64,000 nt of DNA from Flavobacteriales bacterium (GTDB lineage Bacteria; Bacteroidota; Bacteroidia; Flavobacteriales_F; PHOS-HE28), in contig JBBSUV010000001.1 in the NCBI GenBank assembly GCA_038234075.1, forward strand, positions 93,925 to 157,924. The letters run 5' to 3'. Below the pieces are notes generated by a model that saw nothing but the letters and a program-made list of their open reading frames with translations, was not told the origin of the DNA and searched no databases. Every line of letters starts with the position of its first letter. Position 1 is the stretch's first letter. A program made the position numbers and the translations under genes. Positions 20,775-30,812 of this stretch are shown here, one piece after another.

Positions 20775-21005
20775 ATGGATTGGCACGACCATATAAGCTC
20801 CGACCCGAAGATCATGTTGGGTAAGCCCTGTTTTCGAGGCACACGTATCCCTGTATACCTGATCTTGCAGAAGATCGCGTTCGGAGAGCACTTGGAAGAT
20901 CTCTTAGCCGGCTATCCCGGCCTTACGAAGGAGAGCATCAAAGCCGCTCAGCTTTTCGCCGTTGACGCGGTCAACAACGACATTGTCTACCCGGCGTTGC
21001 CTTGA
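20775..21005 (+). CDS. DUF433 domain protein (putative antitoxin-like)
   Basis: MDWHDHISSDPKIMLGKPCFRGTRIPVY is typical of DUF433. Followed by a DUF5615 gene with overlapping stop/start. Confidence 0.65.
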   Translation: MDWHDHISSDPKIMLGKPCFRGTRIPVYLILQKIAFGEHLEDLLAGYPGLTKESIKAAQLFAVDAVNNDIVYPALP

Positions 21006-21370
21006 AGCAAGTTGCCATGGAGTTCGTTGCGGATGAATGTGTGGACGGCCATATCTTAAGGGCATTGCGTTCCGCAGGTCATATCGTGCGTGACATCCAT
21101 GAGACAGATCCCGGGGCATCCGATGAGCAGGTGCTTAGGATCGCTCATTCAGGGGCTACGATCTTGATCACGGAGGATAAGGACTTCGGGGATCTAGTGT
21201 TCGCTAGCAAATCTCAACATTCCGGCATCTTATTGATCCGATTGGACGGGTTCTCGCCGCCTGACAAAGTTGCACGCGTGATGATGGCACTTGGCCACCA
21301 CATCAATGAATTACAAGGCGCCTTCACCGTGATAGACAAGAACAAAGTGCGGATAAGGAAACATTCATGA
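21002..21370 (+). CDS. DUF5615 (PIN-like) domain protein, putative toxin partner of DUF433
   Basis: Conserved DUF433-DUF5615 gene pair with overlapping reading frames. Confidence 0.55.
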   Translation: MKQVAMEFVADECVDGHILRALRSAGHIVRDIHETDPGASDEQVLRIAHSGATILITEDKDFGDLVFASKSQHSGILLIRLDGFSPPDKVARVMMALGHHINELQGAFTVIDKNKVRIRKHS

Positions 21371-21487
21371 TCGCGATATGACTCCCGCATCGTGGTCACA
21401 TTTTTTTGTGATCGACCTCTTGAATTGATCATCACAAGCTCATTCCCGTCCTTGCCACTTACTTTGTTCGCGCACTGAGCCCCGATC

Positions 21488-22324
21488 ATGATCCTGAAGA
21501 ATCCCCTCTCCCGCCCGCTCTTCGGACTTGGTCTGCTGCTGTTGGCCAGTTGCCATCCGGTATCCCAAACCACCAGTACCTCGCTGCCACCTGCGCCCAC
21601 GGTGGTGAATGTATCCGCGCAACTGGCGCAGCAAGGCGTGGATGGCACGGTGTATCAGAATGCTTCCGCGGAGGTGCATCGGCTCTACCAGCAGGGCTAT
21701 GAACTGGCACGGATCCGGTTGGACGCCAACCTGGCCCGGCCTTACGCTCTTCCCCCGGCGGTGATCGTGGACATCGATGAGACGGTGCTCGACAACAGCC
21801 CCTACCAAGCAGCCAACAGCGCCAAAGGCCTCACCTACAGCCCGAAGACCTGGAAAGAATGGACCGCTTTGGCCAAGGCGAAGGCGTTCCCCGGCGCGGT
21901 GGAGTTCCTCAACTACGCGGTGAGCAAGGGTTGCACGGTGTTCTACATCTCCAACAGGGAGGAGGACGAAGAGGATGCCACGGTGCGGAACCTCATCAGT
22001 GAAGGCTTCCCCATGGCGGATGCGGCGCACGTGGTCCCCATGATCGGCACCAGCGATAAGACAGCGCGTCGCGCGGAAGTGGCAAAGACACACAGCATCC
22101 TATTGCTGGTGGGCGACCAGCTCACCGATCTCGATGAGAGCTTCAAGGACCGTAGCGTTGGCGAGGGCAAGCCGCACGTTGACGCGATGCGCGACTCGCT
22201 GGAACGCTACTTCATCATGCTGCCCAACAGCATGTACGGCGTGTGGTTGAACGCAGTGAGCGGCAAACCCGACAGCGCAAAAGCCGGGAACAAGGAGCGC
22301 TACCTGAAAGCGAAGGGATACTGA
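21488..22324 (+). CDS. 5'-nucleotidase, lipoprotein e(P4)/class B acid phosphatase family (HAD superfamily)
   Basis: Lipoprotein signal (LLLASC), DIDETVLDN HAD motif I, e(P4)-family conservation. Confidence 0.75.
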   Translation: MILKNPLSRPLFGLGLLLLASCHPVSQTTSTSLPPAPTVVNVSAQLAQQGVDGTVYQNASAEVHRLYQQGYELARIRLDANLARPYALPPAVIVDIDETVLDNSPYQAANSAKGLTYSPKTWKEWTALAKAKAFPGAVEFLNYAVSKGCTVFYISNREEDEEDATVRNLISEGFPMADAAHVVPMIGTSDKTARRAEVAKTHSILLLVGDQLTDLDESFKDRSVGEGKPHVDAMRDSLERYFIMLPNSMYGVWLNAVSGKPDSAKAGNKERYLKAKGY

Positions 22325-22776
22325 TGCGTGCGGTGGTACAGCGGGTGTCCGAGGCAGCTGTGCGTATCGCGGGGAACGAGACCGCGAGGATCGGCAAAGG
22401 CTACTTGGTGTTGCTCGGCATCGAGGTGGACGACACGGCCGAGGAACTCGAATGGACCTGTGGAAAGGTGGCACGCATGCGGCTCTTCCCGGACCTCGAC
22501 GGGGTGATGAATCTTGACCTGAACGAGGCTCAAGGCGAATTGCTCTTGGTGAGCCAATTCACGCTTCAGGCCAGCACGCGAAAGGGCAACCGGCCCAGCT
22601 ACATCCGTGCAGCTCGTCCTGAAGAAGCCATCCCGCTCTACCTGCGCGCGAAGCAATTGTTCAGTGTAATGGTGCAAGGGCGTGTGAAGACCGGCGAGTT
22701 CGGCGCGGACATGCAGATCTCCTTGGTGAACGATGGCCCGGTGACCATTGTGATCGACAGTCGCCTGAAGGAATAA
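22324..22776 (+). CDS. dtd: D-aminoacyl-tRNA deacylase
   Basis: MRAVVQRV N-terminus and SQFTL/NDGPVT motifs. The start overlaps the preceding stop (TGATG). Confidence 0.85.
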   Translation: MRAVVQRVSEAAVRIAGNETARIGKGYLVLLGIEVDDTAEELEWTCGKVARMRLFPDLDGVMNLDLNEAQGELLLVSQFTLQASTRKGNRPSYIRAARPEEAIPLYLRAKQLFSVMVQGRVKTGEFGADMQISLVNDGPVTIVIDSRLKE

Positions 22777-22781
22777 GGACC

Positions 22782-23129
22782 ATGGAGAACAACAGCAGCC
22801 AAGGAGAAGTCACCGTACTGCAACGCGAGGTGGACGAATGGATCTCGCGCGTGGGCGTGCGCTACTTCAACGAGTTGACGAACATGACCATCCTCAGCGA
22901 GGAAGTGGGCGAAGTGGCACGCATCATCGCACGCCGCTATGGCGAACAGAGCGAGAAGGAGAGCGACAAGGGGAAGGACCTCGGCGAGGAACTGGCTGAT
23001 GTTCTTTTTGTGGTGCTATGCTTGGCGAACCAAACGGGGACTGACCTGCAGGCTGCTTGGAAAAAGAAAATGTCCGTCCGCACAGAGCGGGATGCGGAAC
23101 GCCACAAGGCGAACCCAAAATTGGGGTAG
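22782..23129 (+). CDS. MazG-like nucleotide pyrophosphohydrolase
   Basis: EExGE motif context (EEVGEVARII...EELADVLF), small MazG family. Confidence 0.7.
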   Translation: MENNSSQGEVTVLQREVDEWISRVGVRYFNELTNMTILSEEVGEVARIIARRYGEQSEKESDKGKDLGEELADVLFVVLCLANQTGTDLQAAWKKKMSVRTERDAERHKANPKLG

Positions 23130-23134
23130 CTCCT

Positions 23135-24400
23135 TCAGAGCACCTCCAGCACCCGTCCGAGAACTTTACTGGAGGCGCCGGTGCGATCCTGGACATACCG
23201 CGATGCCGCTTCTGAGGCGGTCTTCAAAGCACTCGGATCCTTGAACCAAAGATCCAGCGCCGCGTTCAGGTCCTTTTCCGAACTCACCTCTATTCCCGCG
23301 CCCGCATTGATCAGGCCGCGCGCCTCCGGGAATTTCTCATGGTCCGGCCCGAAGATCACCGGCACGCCCCAAGCAGCGGCTTCCAACAGGCTGTGAATTC
23401 CATCGGTGAAGCCGCCGCCCACGTAGGCAACACTGCCATAGCGATAGAGCCGTGCGAGCAGACCCATCCGGTCCACCAGCAGCGTACCGTGTTCCTCCTT
23501 CCCCAACGTGGCGGCCACGTTGCCTGCCGGCGCCTGCTCCAGTTCGGACCATCGCGCCAATGGCTTGGGAAAAAACTGTTCTGAATCCGCCAGTTGCTGC
23601 TCGTGCAGTTCATGCGGCACAACGATGCATTTCGGAGCCCCGGCCTTCATGGCATCCAGTGCAGAGGAGAGCAGTTTTTCATCGGCGGGCCAGGTACTTC
23701 CGCAGATAAGCACAGGGCCTTTACCCGCGAAGGCTTTCGCCAGCGGCAGCTCTTCTTGCTGGGCGACGATCTCAGAGACGCGGTCAAAGCGGGTATCACC
23801 TCCGATGGACACCTGGTTCAGGCCGAGGCCTGCCAATAGCTCCTGCGAAGCTTCATCCTGCGTGAAGATCCGGGTGAAGAAGGAGAGCATCTTCCGCCAT
23901 GCGCTCCCGTACCAATGAAAAAAGGGCTGCTCCTTGCGGAAGAGGGCCGATACGAGGAACGTGGGGACATTCTTCTGCTGAAGCGCTTTGAGGTGGTAGA
24001 ACCAGAACTCGTACTTCACGAAGATCGCAGCCTTGGGGGCGATCAAATTTTGCAAACGTTCCGCATTGCCCGCATTGTCCGGCGGCAGGTATTCCACCAC
24101 GGTGGCCAGTGGATAGTCCTTCCGGGCCTCATAGCCGCTGGGGCTGAAAAAGGTGAGCAGCACAGGAAGATCCGGGCGTTCTTTTTTGATCGCTTCCAGC
24201 AGCGGCCTGCCCTGTTCGAACTCGCCCACACTGGCGCAGTGCATCCATAAACAGCCTTTCAATGCCGGCGCTGCTTTCTCCAATCGGTCCCAAAGTTTTT
24301 CACGCCCTTTGACCCAAGCTGCGGCTTTTGGGTTCCAAGGGGCCATGCACCGGACCCCGACGTGGTACGCCCCGACGCCCAGGTCATACAGCAACGGCAT
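23135..24400 (-). CDS. waaA: 3-deoxy-D-manno-octulosonic acid (Kdo) transferase
   Basis: CASVGEFEQGRPL motif of the KdtA/WaaA N-terminal domain plus a GT-B C-terminal domain. Confidence 0.8.
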   Translation of the reverse strand: MPLLYDLGVGAYHVGVRCMAPWNPKAAAWVKGREKLWDRLEKAAPALKGCLWMHCASVGEFEQGRPLLEAIKKERPDLPVLLTFFSPSGYEARKDYPLATVVEYLPPDNAGNAERLQNLIAPKAAIFVKYEFWFYHLKALQQKNVPTFLVSALFRKEQPFFHWYGSAWRKMLSFFTRIFTQDEASQELLAGLGLNQVSIGGDTRFDRVSEIVAQQEELPLAKAFAGKGPVLICGSTWPADEKLLSSALDAMKAGAPKCIVVPHELHEQQLADSEQFFPKPLARWSELEQAPAGNVAATLGKEEHGTLLVDRMGLLARLYRYGSVAYVGGGFTDGIHSLLEAAAWGVPVIFGPDHEKFPEARGLINAGAGIEVSSEKDLNAALDLWFKDPSALKTASEAASRYVQDRTGASSKVLGRVLEVL

Positions 24401-25158
24401 CAGCGATAGTACTGGCGGTCGTCGCGGGCCTTGTAGATGGGCAGCGTCCAACCGAATCGCAACCCGTTCAAGCCATCGTAATGCGTGCCTTCATCGGCCC
24501 GTCCCGTATCGAAATTGAATGGTCGCAGAGATCGTGTGAAGCCGATGTTCATCTCGAAACCGATCATGAAATTGATGAAGCGGTTATTGCTTAAGTGCTG
24601 ATATCCCGCGAAGAACATCGCCATCGGCCCCGAGGTCAGGCGGTCGTAGCCTTTTACATACTCCCCTTCCAATGCGGGCACCACGTCATTCTGGCTCTGG
24701 ATGAGCAGCTTGTGCCGCATGTAGCCCCCACCCAGTTTCAGCAGCATGCCACTGTTAGGGTTCGGACCTACGATAGGGATCACTTTACCCGCAAAGGCGA
24801 TCACCGTATAGCCTCTTTCAAAGAGCAGGATGTTGGCCGGGTCACCGTCCTGGTTCACGATCACCCCATTGGAGGTGGTCATGCCGCGCAGAATGGTCCG
24901 ATCGACCACCTTGTTGCCGAAAATGAACGAGCCTTCCAGACCGATGGAATAGTTGCTCTTGAACTTCCGCGAGACACTGAACCCGAGGTTGTTGTTGGCC
25001 CCGAATTGCTGCGCGAGATCGCCACCCGGAAGCTGGTAGGCATAGCTCAAGGTGATCGGCACCATGGTGATGGATGTATCCCGGAGGCCGCTCTGCGCGT
25101 AGGAGTGCGCTTGGAAAAGCAGGACCACCGCCAAAATGAAAAAAGGATGTCTGCACAT
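24400..25158 (-). CDS. Hypothetical secreted/outer-membrane protein
   Basis: Signal peptide MCRHPFFILAVVLLFQAHSYAQ. No recognisable catalytic motif. Its stop overlaps the waaA start. Confidence 0.45.
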   Translation of the reverse strand: MCRHPFFILAVVLLFQAHSYAQSGLRDTSITMVPITLSYAYQLPGGDLAQQFGANNNLGFSVSRKFKSNYSIGLEGSFIFGNKVVDRTILRGMTTSNGVIVNQDGDPANILLFERGYTVIAFAGKVIPIVGPNPNSGMLLKLGGGYMRHKLLIQSQNDVVPALEGEYVKGYDRLTSGPMAMFFAGYQHLSNNRFINFMIGFEMNIGFTRSLRPFNFDTGRADEGTHYDGLNGLRFGWTLPIYKARDDRQYYR

Positions 25159-25306
25159 GGGGTGGCGAAGGTAGAAGGATGGAGTTGATGTCATATATCC
25201 TTGAACCCTACCCGGTCACCGTTGTCGCAGCATCGGTGCCGAGCGGACATTACCTTCGCCTCCTTGTTTCCACCCGTTCCAGCGGAGCCAACCCCTTTCT
25301 TCTTGC

Positions 25307-26434
25307 ATGAAGCCCATCCAGATGGTCGATCTTGTCGGCCAATACGAAAAGATCAAACCCGAAGTGGATGCCGCTTTGTTGGATGTGATCGCGGGTGCGG
25401 CATTCATCAATGGCCCGGAAGTGAAGGCCTTCGAAAAGGAACTGGCAGCCTACCTTGGAGTGAAGCATGTGATCCCTTGCGGCAATGGTACAGACGCCCT
25501 ACAAGTGGCCATGATGGCCTTGGGGCTGAAGCCGGGCGATGAGGTGATCACCGCCTCGTTCACCTTCGTGGCCACGGTGGAAGTGCTGGCGCTGCTCGGC
25601 CTCGTGCCCGTCTTTGCCGATGTGTTCCCCGGAACCTTCAACATGGACCCCGCCGATGTGGCGCGCAAAGTGACCCCGAAGACCAAGGCCATCGTGCCCG
25701 TGCATCTCTTCGGTCAATCCGCTGACATGGACGCGATGATGGCGATCGCCAGGGAATACAAGTTGCACGTGGTGGAGGACGCCTGCCAGTCCATCGGCTC
25801 GGACCACAGCGGTGCGAACGGCAAACGCAAGTCCGGCGCCATCGGCGACATCGGCGTCACCAGCTTCTTCCCCAGCAAGAACCTCGGCTGCTACGGGGAC
25901 GGTGGCGCACTCTTCACGAACGATGATGAACTGGCGCACAAGATCCGCCGCGTATGCAACCACGGCAGCGATGAACGCTACTACCATGAAGTGGTGGGCG
26001 TGAATAGCCGATTGGATTCATTGCAAGCGGCCGTGTTGCGGATCAAACTGCGGCACCTCAACGAATACGCCAAGGCGCGCAGTGTTGCCGCTGCAGCCTA
26101 TGACAATGCATTCTCCGGGATCGAAGGCGTCAGCGTTCCTGAACGCAGTTCCTTCAGTACCCACGTCTTTCACCAATACACCCTTCGGATCGCCAAGGGT
26201 CGGCGGGATGAGCTGAAAAAGCACCTGGAAGCGGCTGGCGTGCCGGCGATGGTCTACTATCCCGTGCCGTGCCATCTACAGAACGCGTACAAGAGCGAGC
26301 GCTTCCCTGCCGGATCACTGCCGGTGACGGAATCACTGATCACGGAAGTGATCTCACTCCCCATGAGCACCGAACTGGACAACGATCAACTCACCCACAT
26401 CACCACAGCGGTGAAGAGCTTCTTCAACGCATAA
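25307..26434 (+). CDS. DegT/DnrJ/EryC1/StrS family PLP-dependent sugar aminotransferase
   Basis: Fold-type I aminotransferase of the WecE/ArnB class (GNGTDAL motif, SFF.SKNL lysine region). Confidence 0.85.
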   Translation: MKPIQMVDLVGQYEKIKPEVDAALLDVIAGAAFINGPEVKAFEKELAAYLGVKHVIPCGNGTDALQVAMMALGLKPGDEVITASFTFVATVEVLALLGLVPVFADVFPGTFNMDPADVARKVTPKTKAIVPVHLFGQSADMDAMMAIAREYKLHVVEDACQSIGSDHSGANGKRKSGAIGDIGVTSFFPSKNLGCYGDGGALFTNDDELAHKIRRVCNHGSDERYYHEVVGVNSRLDSLQAAVLRIKLRHLNEYAKARSVAAAAYDNAFSGIEGVSVPERSSFSTHVFHQYTLRIAKGRRDELKKHLEAAGVPAMVYYPVPCHLQNAYKSERFPAGSLPVTESLITEVISLPMSTELDNDQLTHITTAVKSFFNA

Positions 26435-26495
26435 CAAGATCCCCAGCGAGAGGATGAGCGCGCCGATGTAAGGGCGCGAGATCTCGCGCCCCAAC

Positions 26496-27827
26496 ATGAA
26501 CATAGCAGTAGTAGGAACTGGATACGTAGGCCTGGTAACGGGCACTTGCTTCGCCGAGACCGGCAACAACGTGATATGCGTCGACATCGACAAGGAGAAG
26601 GTGCAGAAGCTGAAGGACGGGAAGGTCCCGATCTATGAGCCCCATCTGGACGTGCTGTTCGAGCGCAACATCCGCCAAGGCCGCTTGGTCTTCACCACGG
26701 ATCTGAAGGAGGCTGTCGACAAAGCGCAGATCATCTTCTTGGCCCTTCCCACGCCTCCCGGCGAGGACGGCAGCGCCGACCTGAAGTATGTGCTGGGCGT
26801 GGCAGATGACCTGGGCAAGATCATCACCGACTACAAGGTGATCGTGGACAAGAGCACGGTTCCCGTAGGCACTGCCGAAAAGGTGCGTGCAGCCGTGGCC
26901 AAGCATGCCAAGGTCCCCTTCGATGTGGTGAGCAACCCGGAATTCCTGCGGGAAGGTTTCGCAGTGGACGACTTCCTGAAACCGGACCGGGTGGTGGTGG
27001 GCACCAGCAGCGCGCGTGCACAGAAGGTGATGGAGGACCTCTACAAGCCTTTCGTGCGGCAGGGCAACCCCATCATCTTCATGGATGAGCGCAGCGCCGA
27101 ACTCACGAAGTACGCGGCCAACGCCTTCCTCGCGGCCAAGATCACCTTCATGAACGAGATCGCGAACTTCTGCGAGGCTGTGGGCGCGGACGTGGACAAG
27201 GTGCGCATCGGCATCGGAAGCGACAGCCGGATCGGCAAGCGCTTCCTCTTCCCCGGGATCGGCTACGGCGGCTCTTGCTTCCCCAAGGACGTACAGGCTT
27301 TGGCCAAGAGCGGGAAGGACGCCGGCTATCAGTTCCAGATCATCGATAGCGTGATGAAGGTGAACGAGCGCCAGAAGACCACGCTCACGGACAAGGTGAA
27401 GGCGCACTACGGTGAGGACCTGCGCGGAAAGCATTTCGCGCTTTGGGGCCTGGCTTTCAAGCCGGACACGGACGATATCCGCGAAGCTCCGGCGCTTTAC
27501 ATGATCGATGCGCTCCTGGAGGCAGGCGCCACGGTCACCACCTTCGACCCCGAGGCCATGGACAACGTCCGGAAGCTGATCGGTGACAAGGTGACTTATG
27601 CCAATGACGAATACGCGGCGCTTGAGGGTGCCGATGCGCTGATCATCGCTACGGAATGGGCGCTGTTCCGCACGCCCGACATGGCCCGCGTGGAAAAAGC
27701 CCTGAAGGAAAAGATCATCTTCGATGGCCGCAATCTCTACGACCTCGACGAGATGAAGGATCTCGGCTACCACTACGTGAGCGTAGGGCGGCAGCCGGTG
27801 AACGCACCCATCAAAATGAAAGCCTGA
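26496..27827 (+). CDS. ugd: UDP-glucose 6-dehydrogenase
   Basis: [12 protein letters not shown] Rossmann N-terminus, catalytic GGSCFPKD motif. Confidence 0.9.
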   Translation: MNIAVVGTGYVGLVTGTCFAETGNNVICVDIDKEKVQKLKDGKVPIYEPHLDVLFERNIRQGRLVFTTDLKEAVDKAQIIFLALPTPPGEDGSADLKYVLGVADDLGKIITDYKVIVDKSTVPVGTAEKVRAAVAKHAKVPFDVVSNPEFLREGFAVDDFLKPDRVVVGTSSARAQKVMEDLYKPFVRQGNPIIFMDERSAELTKYAANAFLAAKITFMNEIANFCEAVGADVDKVRIGIGSDSRIGKRFLFPGIGYGGSCFPKDVQALAKSGKDAGYQFQIIDSVMKVNERQKTTLTDKVKAHYGEDLRGKHFALWGLAFKPDTDDIREAPALYMIDALLEAGATVTTFDPEAMDNVRKLIGDKVTYANDEYAALEGADALIIATEWALFRTPDMARVEKALKEKIIFDGRNLYDLDEMKDLGYHYVSVGRQPVNAPIKMKA

Positions 27828-27828
27828 A

Positions 27829-28920
27829 ATGGTGAAGAAGAGCACCGCAAAACCTGCAAAGGTCAAAGCATCGCCACAGAGTACTAAGCCTGCGGCAAAG
27901 CGGGGACGGATGAGCGTGGTGAAGCCTGCCGAGAAAGAGCGCGTGCTGATCACCGGGGCTGCGGGTTTTCTGGGCTCCCATCTGTGCGACCGGTTCTTGA
28001 AGGAGGGGTATCACGTGATCGCGATGGACAACCTGATCACCGGCCGCCTGAAGAACATCGAGCACCTGTTCAAGCGGAGCGATTTCGAATTCTACCATCA
28101 CGACGTTTCCAAGTTCGTGCATGTGCCCGGCAAGCTCAAGTACATCATGCACTTCGCCTCGCCCGCAAGCCCGATCGACTACCTGAAGATCCCCATCCAG
28201 ACGCTGAAAGTGAGTTCCTTGGGCACACACAATCTGCTCGGACTTGCCCTGCAGAAAAAGGCGCGCATCCTGGTGGCCAGCACCAGCGAGGTATACGGAG
28301 ACCCACAGGTGCATCCACAGACAGAGAGCTATTGGGGCCACGTGAACACCGTGGGTCCACGCGGCGTGTACGACGAGGCCAAGCGTTTCCAGGAGGCCAT
28401 CACCATGGCCTATCACACCTATCATGGATTGGAGACGCGCATCGTGCGGATCTTCAACACCTACGGCCCACGCATGCGCCTCAACGACGGCCGGGTGCTA
28501 CCGGCATTCATCGGTCAAGCGCTTCGCGGTGAAGACCTCACCATCTTCGGCAAGGGCAACCAAACGCGCAGCTTCTGCTATGTGAGCGACCTGATCGAAG
28601 GCATCTACCGTCTGCTGAAGAGCGATTGCTCAGACCCCGTGAACATCGGCAACCCGGCGGAGATCACCATCAAGCAGTTCGCCCAGGAGATCGTGAAGCT
28701 GACCGGAACCAAGCAGAAGCTGGTCTACAAGCCGCTTCCACAGGACGATCCCATGCAGCGCCAGCCGGACATCACCTTGGCCAAGAAGCTGCTGAAGTGG
28801 CAACCGAAGATCTCCCGCGCCGAAGGCTTGAAGATCACCTACGCTTATTTCAAGGGCCTTTCAGCTGCGGAACTCCACGAGAAGGACCACAATTCCTTCG
28901 AGGGATACGTGCGAAAGTGA
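27829..28920 (+). CDS. UDP-glucuronate decarboxylase (UDP-xylose synthase, SDR family) with Lys/Ala/Pro-rich N-terminal extension
   Basis: [12 protein letters not shown] Rossmann motif, YxxxK motif, UXS-like conservation. Translationally coupled to ugd (2-bp gap). Confidence 0.8.
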   Translation: MVKKSTAKPAKVKASPQSTKPAAKRGRMSVVKPAEKERVLITGAAGFLGSHLCDRFLKEGYHVIAMDNLITGRLKNIEHLFKRSDFEFYHHDVSKFVHVPGKLKYIMHFASPASPIDYLKIPIQTLKVSSLGTHNLLGLALQKKARILVASTSEVYGDPQVHPQTESYWGHVNTVGPRGVYDEAKRFQEAITMAYHTYHGLETRIVRIFNTYGPRMRLNDGRVLPAFIGQALRGEDLTIFGKGNQTRSFCYVSDLIEGIYRLLKSDCSDPVNIGNPAEITIKQFAQEIVKLTGTKQKLVYKPLPQDDPMQRQPDITLAKKLLKWQPKISRAEGLKITYAYFKGLSAAELHEKDHNSFEGYVRK

Positions 28921-29040
28921 GGGTTTAGTTGATAGGTGTTGCAGCGTTGTCTTCGCTCGTGACTGATCTGGCGAGTGTGGACCATTCCTCACGGGTGAAA
29001 GGCATCCGCGCCGAATTTGAGGATTGCTTAACTTTACCTG

Positions 29041-29496
29041 ATGCAGACGTTCGATATACGGTTCGACCCGGCATTGGCCACTTCCGCGTTAATGCGCTCG
29101 CTCGAAGGTGTCCATCTGCAACGTGGTGACCATGTATGCGTATCGACTTTGTACAAACCTTCCCAAGCGGAACTTTACACATTACTCCTTGTCATTGCCA
29201 ACTCGATCGCCAAGGGCATGGATGCGCGGAAGGAAAGAGACGGCGCCCGGGCAAAAGGCGAGTATTTGCTGAAGGACTTACTCTCCCAATATGGCAACGC
29301 CGAAGATCTCGAACGCGGCCTTGAACGCGAATATGGCGTGGAGATCACCGTTGTGACAAGGGATACGGAAGATTCGGATTGGCTGGCCCTGTCGTCAAAA
29401 GGGGCAGAAGCGGCCTATGGCGAGAACGAACCGGACTATTCCAATACTGAAGTCCGTGAACCCAACCCGTACTACCGCAAGCACGCCAGCGAATGA
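29041..29496 (+). CDS. Hypothetical protein, putative non-canonical antitoxin partner of the downstream PemK/MazF toxin
   Basis: ORF overlaps the toxin start (ATGA) in a local GC dip (about 52%, visual estimate). No recognisable antitoxin fold. The true start is uncertain (internal Mets at aa 18 and 60). Confidence 0.35.
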   Translation: MQTFDIRFDPALATSALMRSLEGVHLQRGDHVCVSTLYKPSQAELYTLLLVIANSIAKGMDARKERDGARAKGEYLLKDLLSQYGNAEDLERGLEREYGVEITVVTRDTEDSDWLALSSKGAEAAYGENEPDYSNTEVREPNPYYRKHASE

Positions 29497-29837
29497 TCGC
29501 AGGGAGCATCATTCTGCTGGACTTCGTTCAATCGAACGGGGTCGTGAAGAAGCGGCCAGCACTTGTGGTTGCCATATTACCGCGTTTCAGCGACCTCCTG
29601 CTAGCCGGTATCAGCACACAACTGCATCAAGCGATCCCACAGGTGGATATCGAGCTTCTCGACGGGCAACCTGGATTCAGGGACTCAGGCTTGAAACGAT
29701 CCAGCATTGTGAGATTGACACTATTGAGCCGGATCGAGCGCAAGGACCCAAGCATCTTTGGAACCATTGGCACCCTTGACCCTGCGCTACTGATCCGGGC
29801 GAAACGCAATTTAGCCGACCTGATCCTTCGAGCGTAG
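29493..29837 (+). CDS. PemK/MazF family toxin (type II TA endoribonuclease)
   Basis: KKRPALVVA ... GISTQL ... SIVRLT ... IGTLDPALL pattern matches PemK_toxin family members. Confidence 0.65.
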   Translation: MIAGSIILLDFVQSNGVVKKRPALVVAILPRFSDLLLAGISTQLHQAIPQVDIELLDGQPGFRDSGLKRSSIVRLTLLSRIERKDPSIFGTIGTLDPALLIRAKRNLADLILRA

Positions 29838-29851
29838 GGTACGGATCCGAA

Positions 29852-30790
29852 GTGACCGCTACGACCAATTTAAGCCCTGAACAAATCCTTATCAAAGTGA
29901 AGATGGACCACCCATCTCCGGCAGTGATCCGCGTTTGTGGCGTGCCCGAACCGTTCAATCTGCCGTGGCGGCTAGGCGTTGAGAGTGGCGCATTCCTTCT
30001 TGAAGGCATCGACCTGCAATGGCGGGATGTGCCCGAAGGCACGGGAGCCATGTGCCAGTTGTTGCAGAACGGAGCCACGGACCTGGCCGTGCTGGTGACC
30101 GAAGGTGCGGTGCGCGATGTGCTGGTCAGCAGCGGAAATTCCGTCGTGGCCACCTTGGTGGATTCACCGCTCCGATGGGGAGTACATGTGGGTTCAGGCA
30201 CCGATCTACAAACCCCGGCCGATCTGGTGGGCGTGCCTTTCGCTATCAGCCGCTTCAACAGTGGAAGCCACCTGATGGCCATGGTCTATGCAAAGCGCTT
30301 AGGCTGGACACCGAAGGAAAAGGACTTCATCGTGGTACACGACCTGGACGGCGCAGTGGCTCTGCTGAAAAGCCCGAGACCGGCAGTGTTCCTGTGGGAG
30401 CAGGCCATGACCGCCGCATTCGTGGAAGCTGGCGCACTGCGCATGGTGGACGTTATGGAAGCGTCATGGCCCGCCTTCACGGTGGTGGCCCGGAAGGAAT
30501 TCCATCACCGCCATCCGCAGGAAGTGGAGCGGGTGTTACGCATCGTCCGCGAACAGGCCAAGGCATTCACGGCCGGTCAGGGAGCTGCCGAGCAGGTGAC
30601 CACGCGTTATGGCCTGCCAGCAACCGAGGCCAGGCGTTGGTTTGCGGCCGTTCGCTGGAACACGGATGGCCGGATCGACCTTCCGTCCTTATCCCTTGCC
30701 GCACGGACGTTGGCCGAAGCGGGAATGCTGACGGGGGCACCACCGGAGGATCTCTGGGGGGATCGGCTCAAGGGAAGCGCCAATTCTTAA
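29852..30790 (+). CDS. NMT1/THI5-like (periplasmic-binding-protein fold) substrate-binding protein, cytoplasmic
   Basis: SsuA/NMT1-like layout with no signal peptide. Weak recollection-based assignment. Confidence 0.35.
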   Translation: MTATTNLSPEQILIKVKMDHPSPAVIRVCGVPEPFNLPWRLGVESGAFLLEGIDLQWRDVPEGTGAMCQLLQNGATDLAVLVTEGAVRDVLVSSGNSVVATLVDSPLRWGVHVGSGTDLQTPADLVGVPFAISRFNSGSHLMAMVYAKRLGWTPKEKDFIVVHDLDGAVALLKSPRPAVFLWEQAMTAAFVEAGALRMVDVMEASWPAFTVVARKEFHHRHPQEVERVLRIVREQAKAFTAGQGAAEQVTTRYGLPATEARRWFAAVRWNTDGRIDLPSLSLAARTLAEAGMLTGAPPEDLWGDRLKGSANS

Positions 30791-30812
30791 AGCCCATACC
30801 GGCACGGGACGA

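Noticed and set aside
29677-30282. Minus-strand 201-aa ORF overlapping the NMT1-like gene.
   Set aside because: It lies antisense inside a longer plus-strand ORF that has a coherent PBP-like fold pattern. Its composition is Ser/Thr/Arg/Pro-biased, typical of an off-frame GC-rich ORF.
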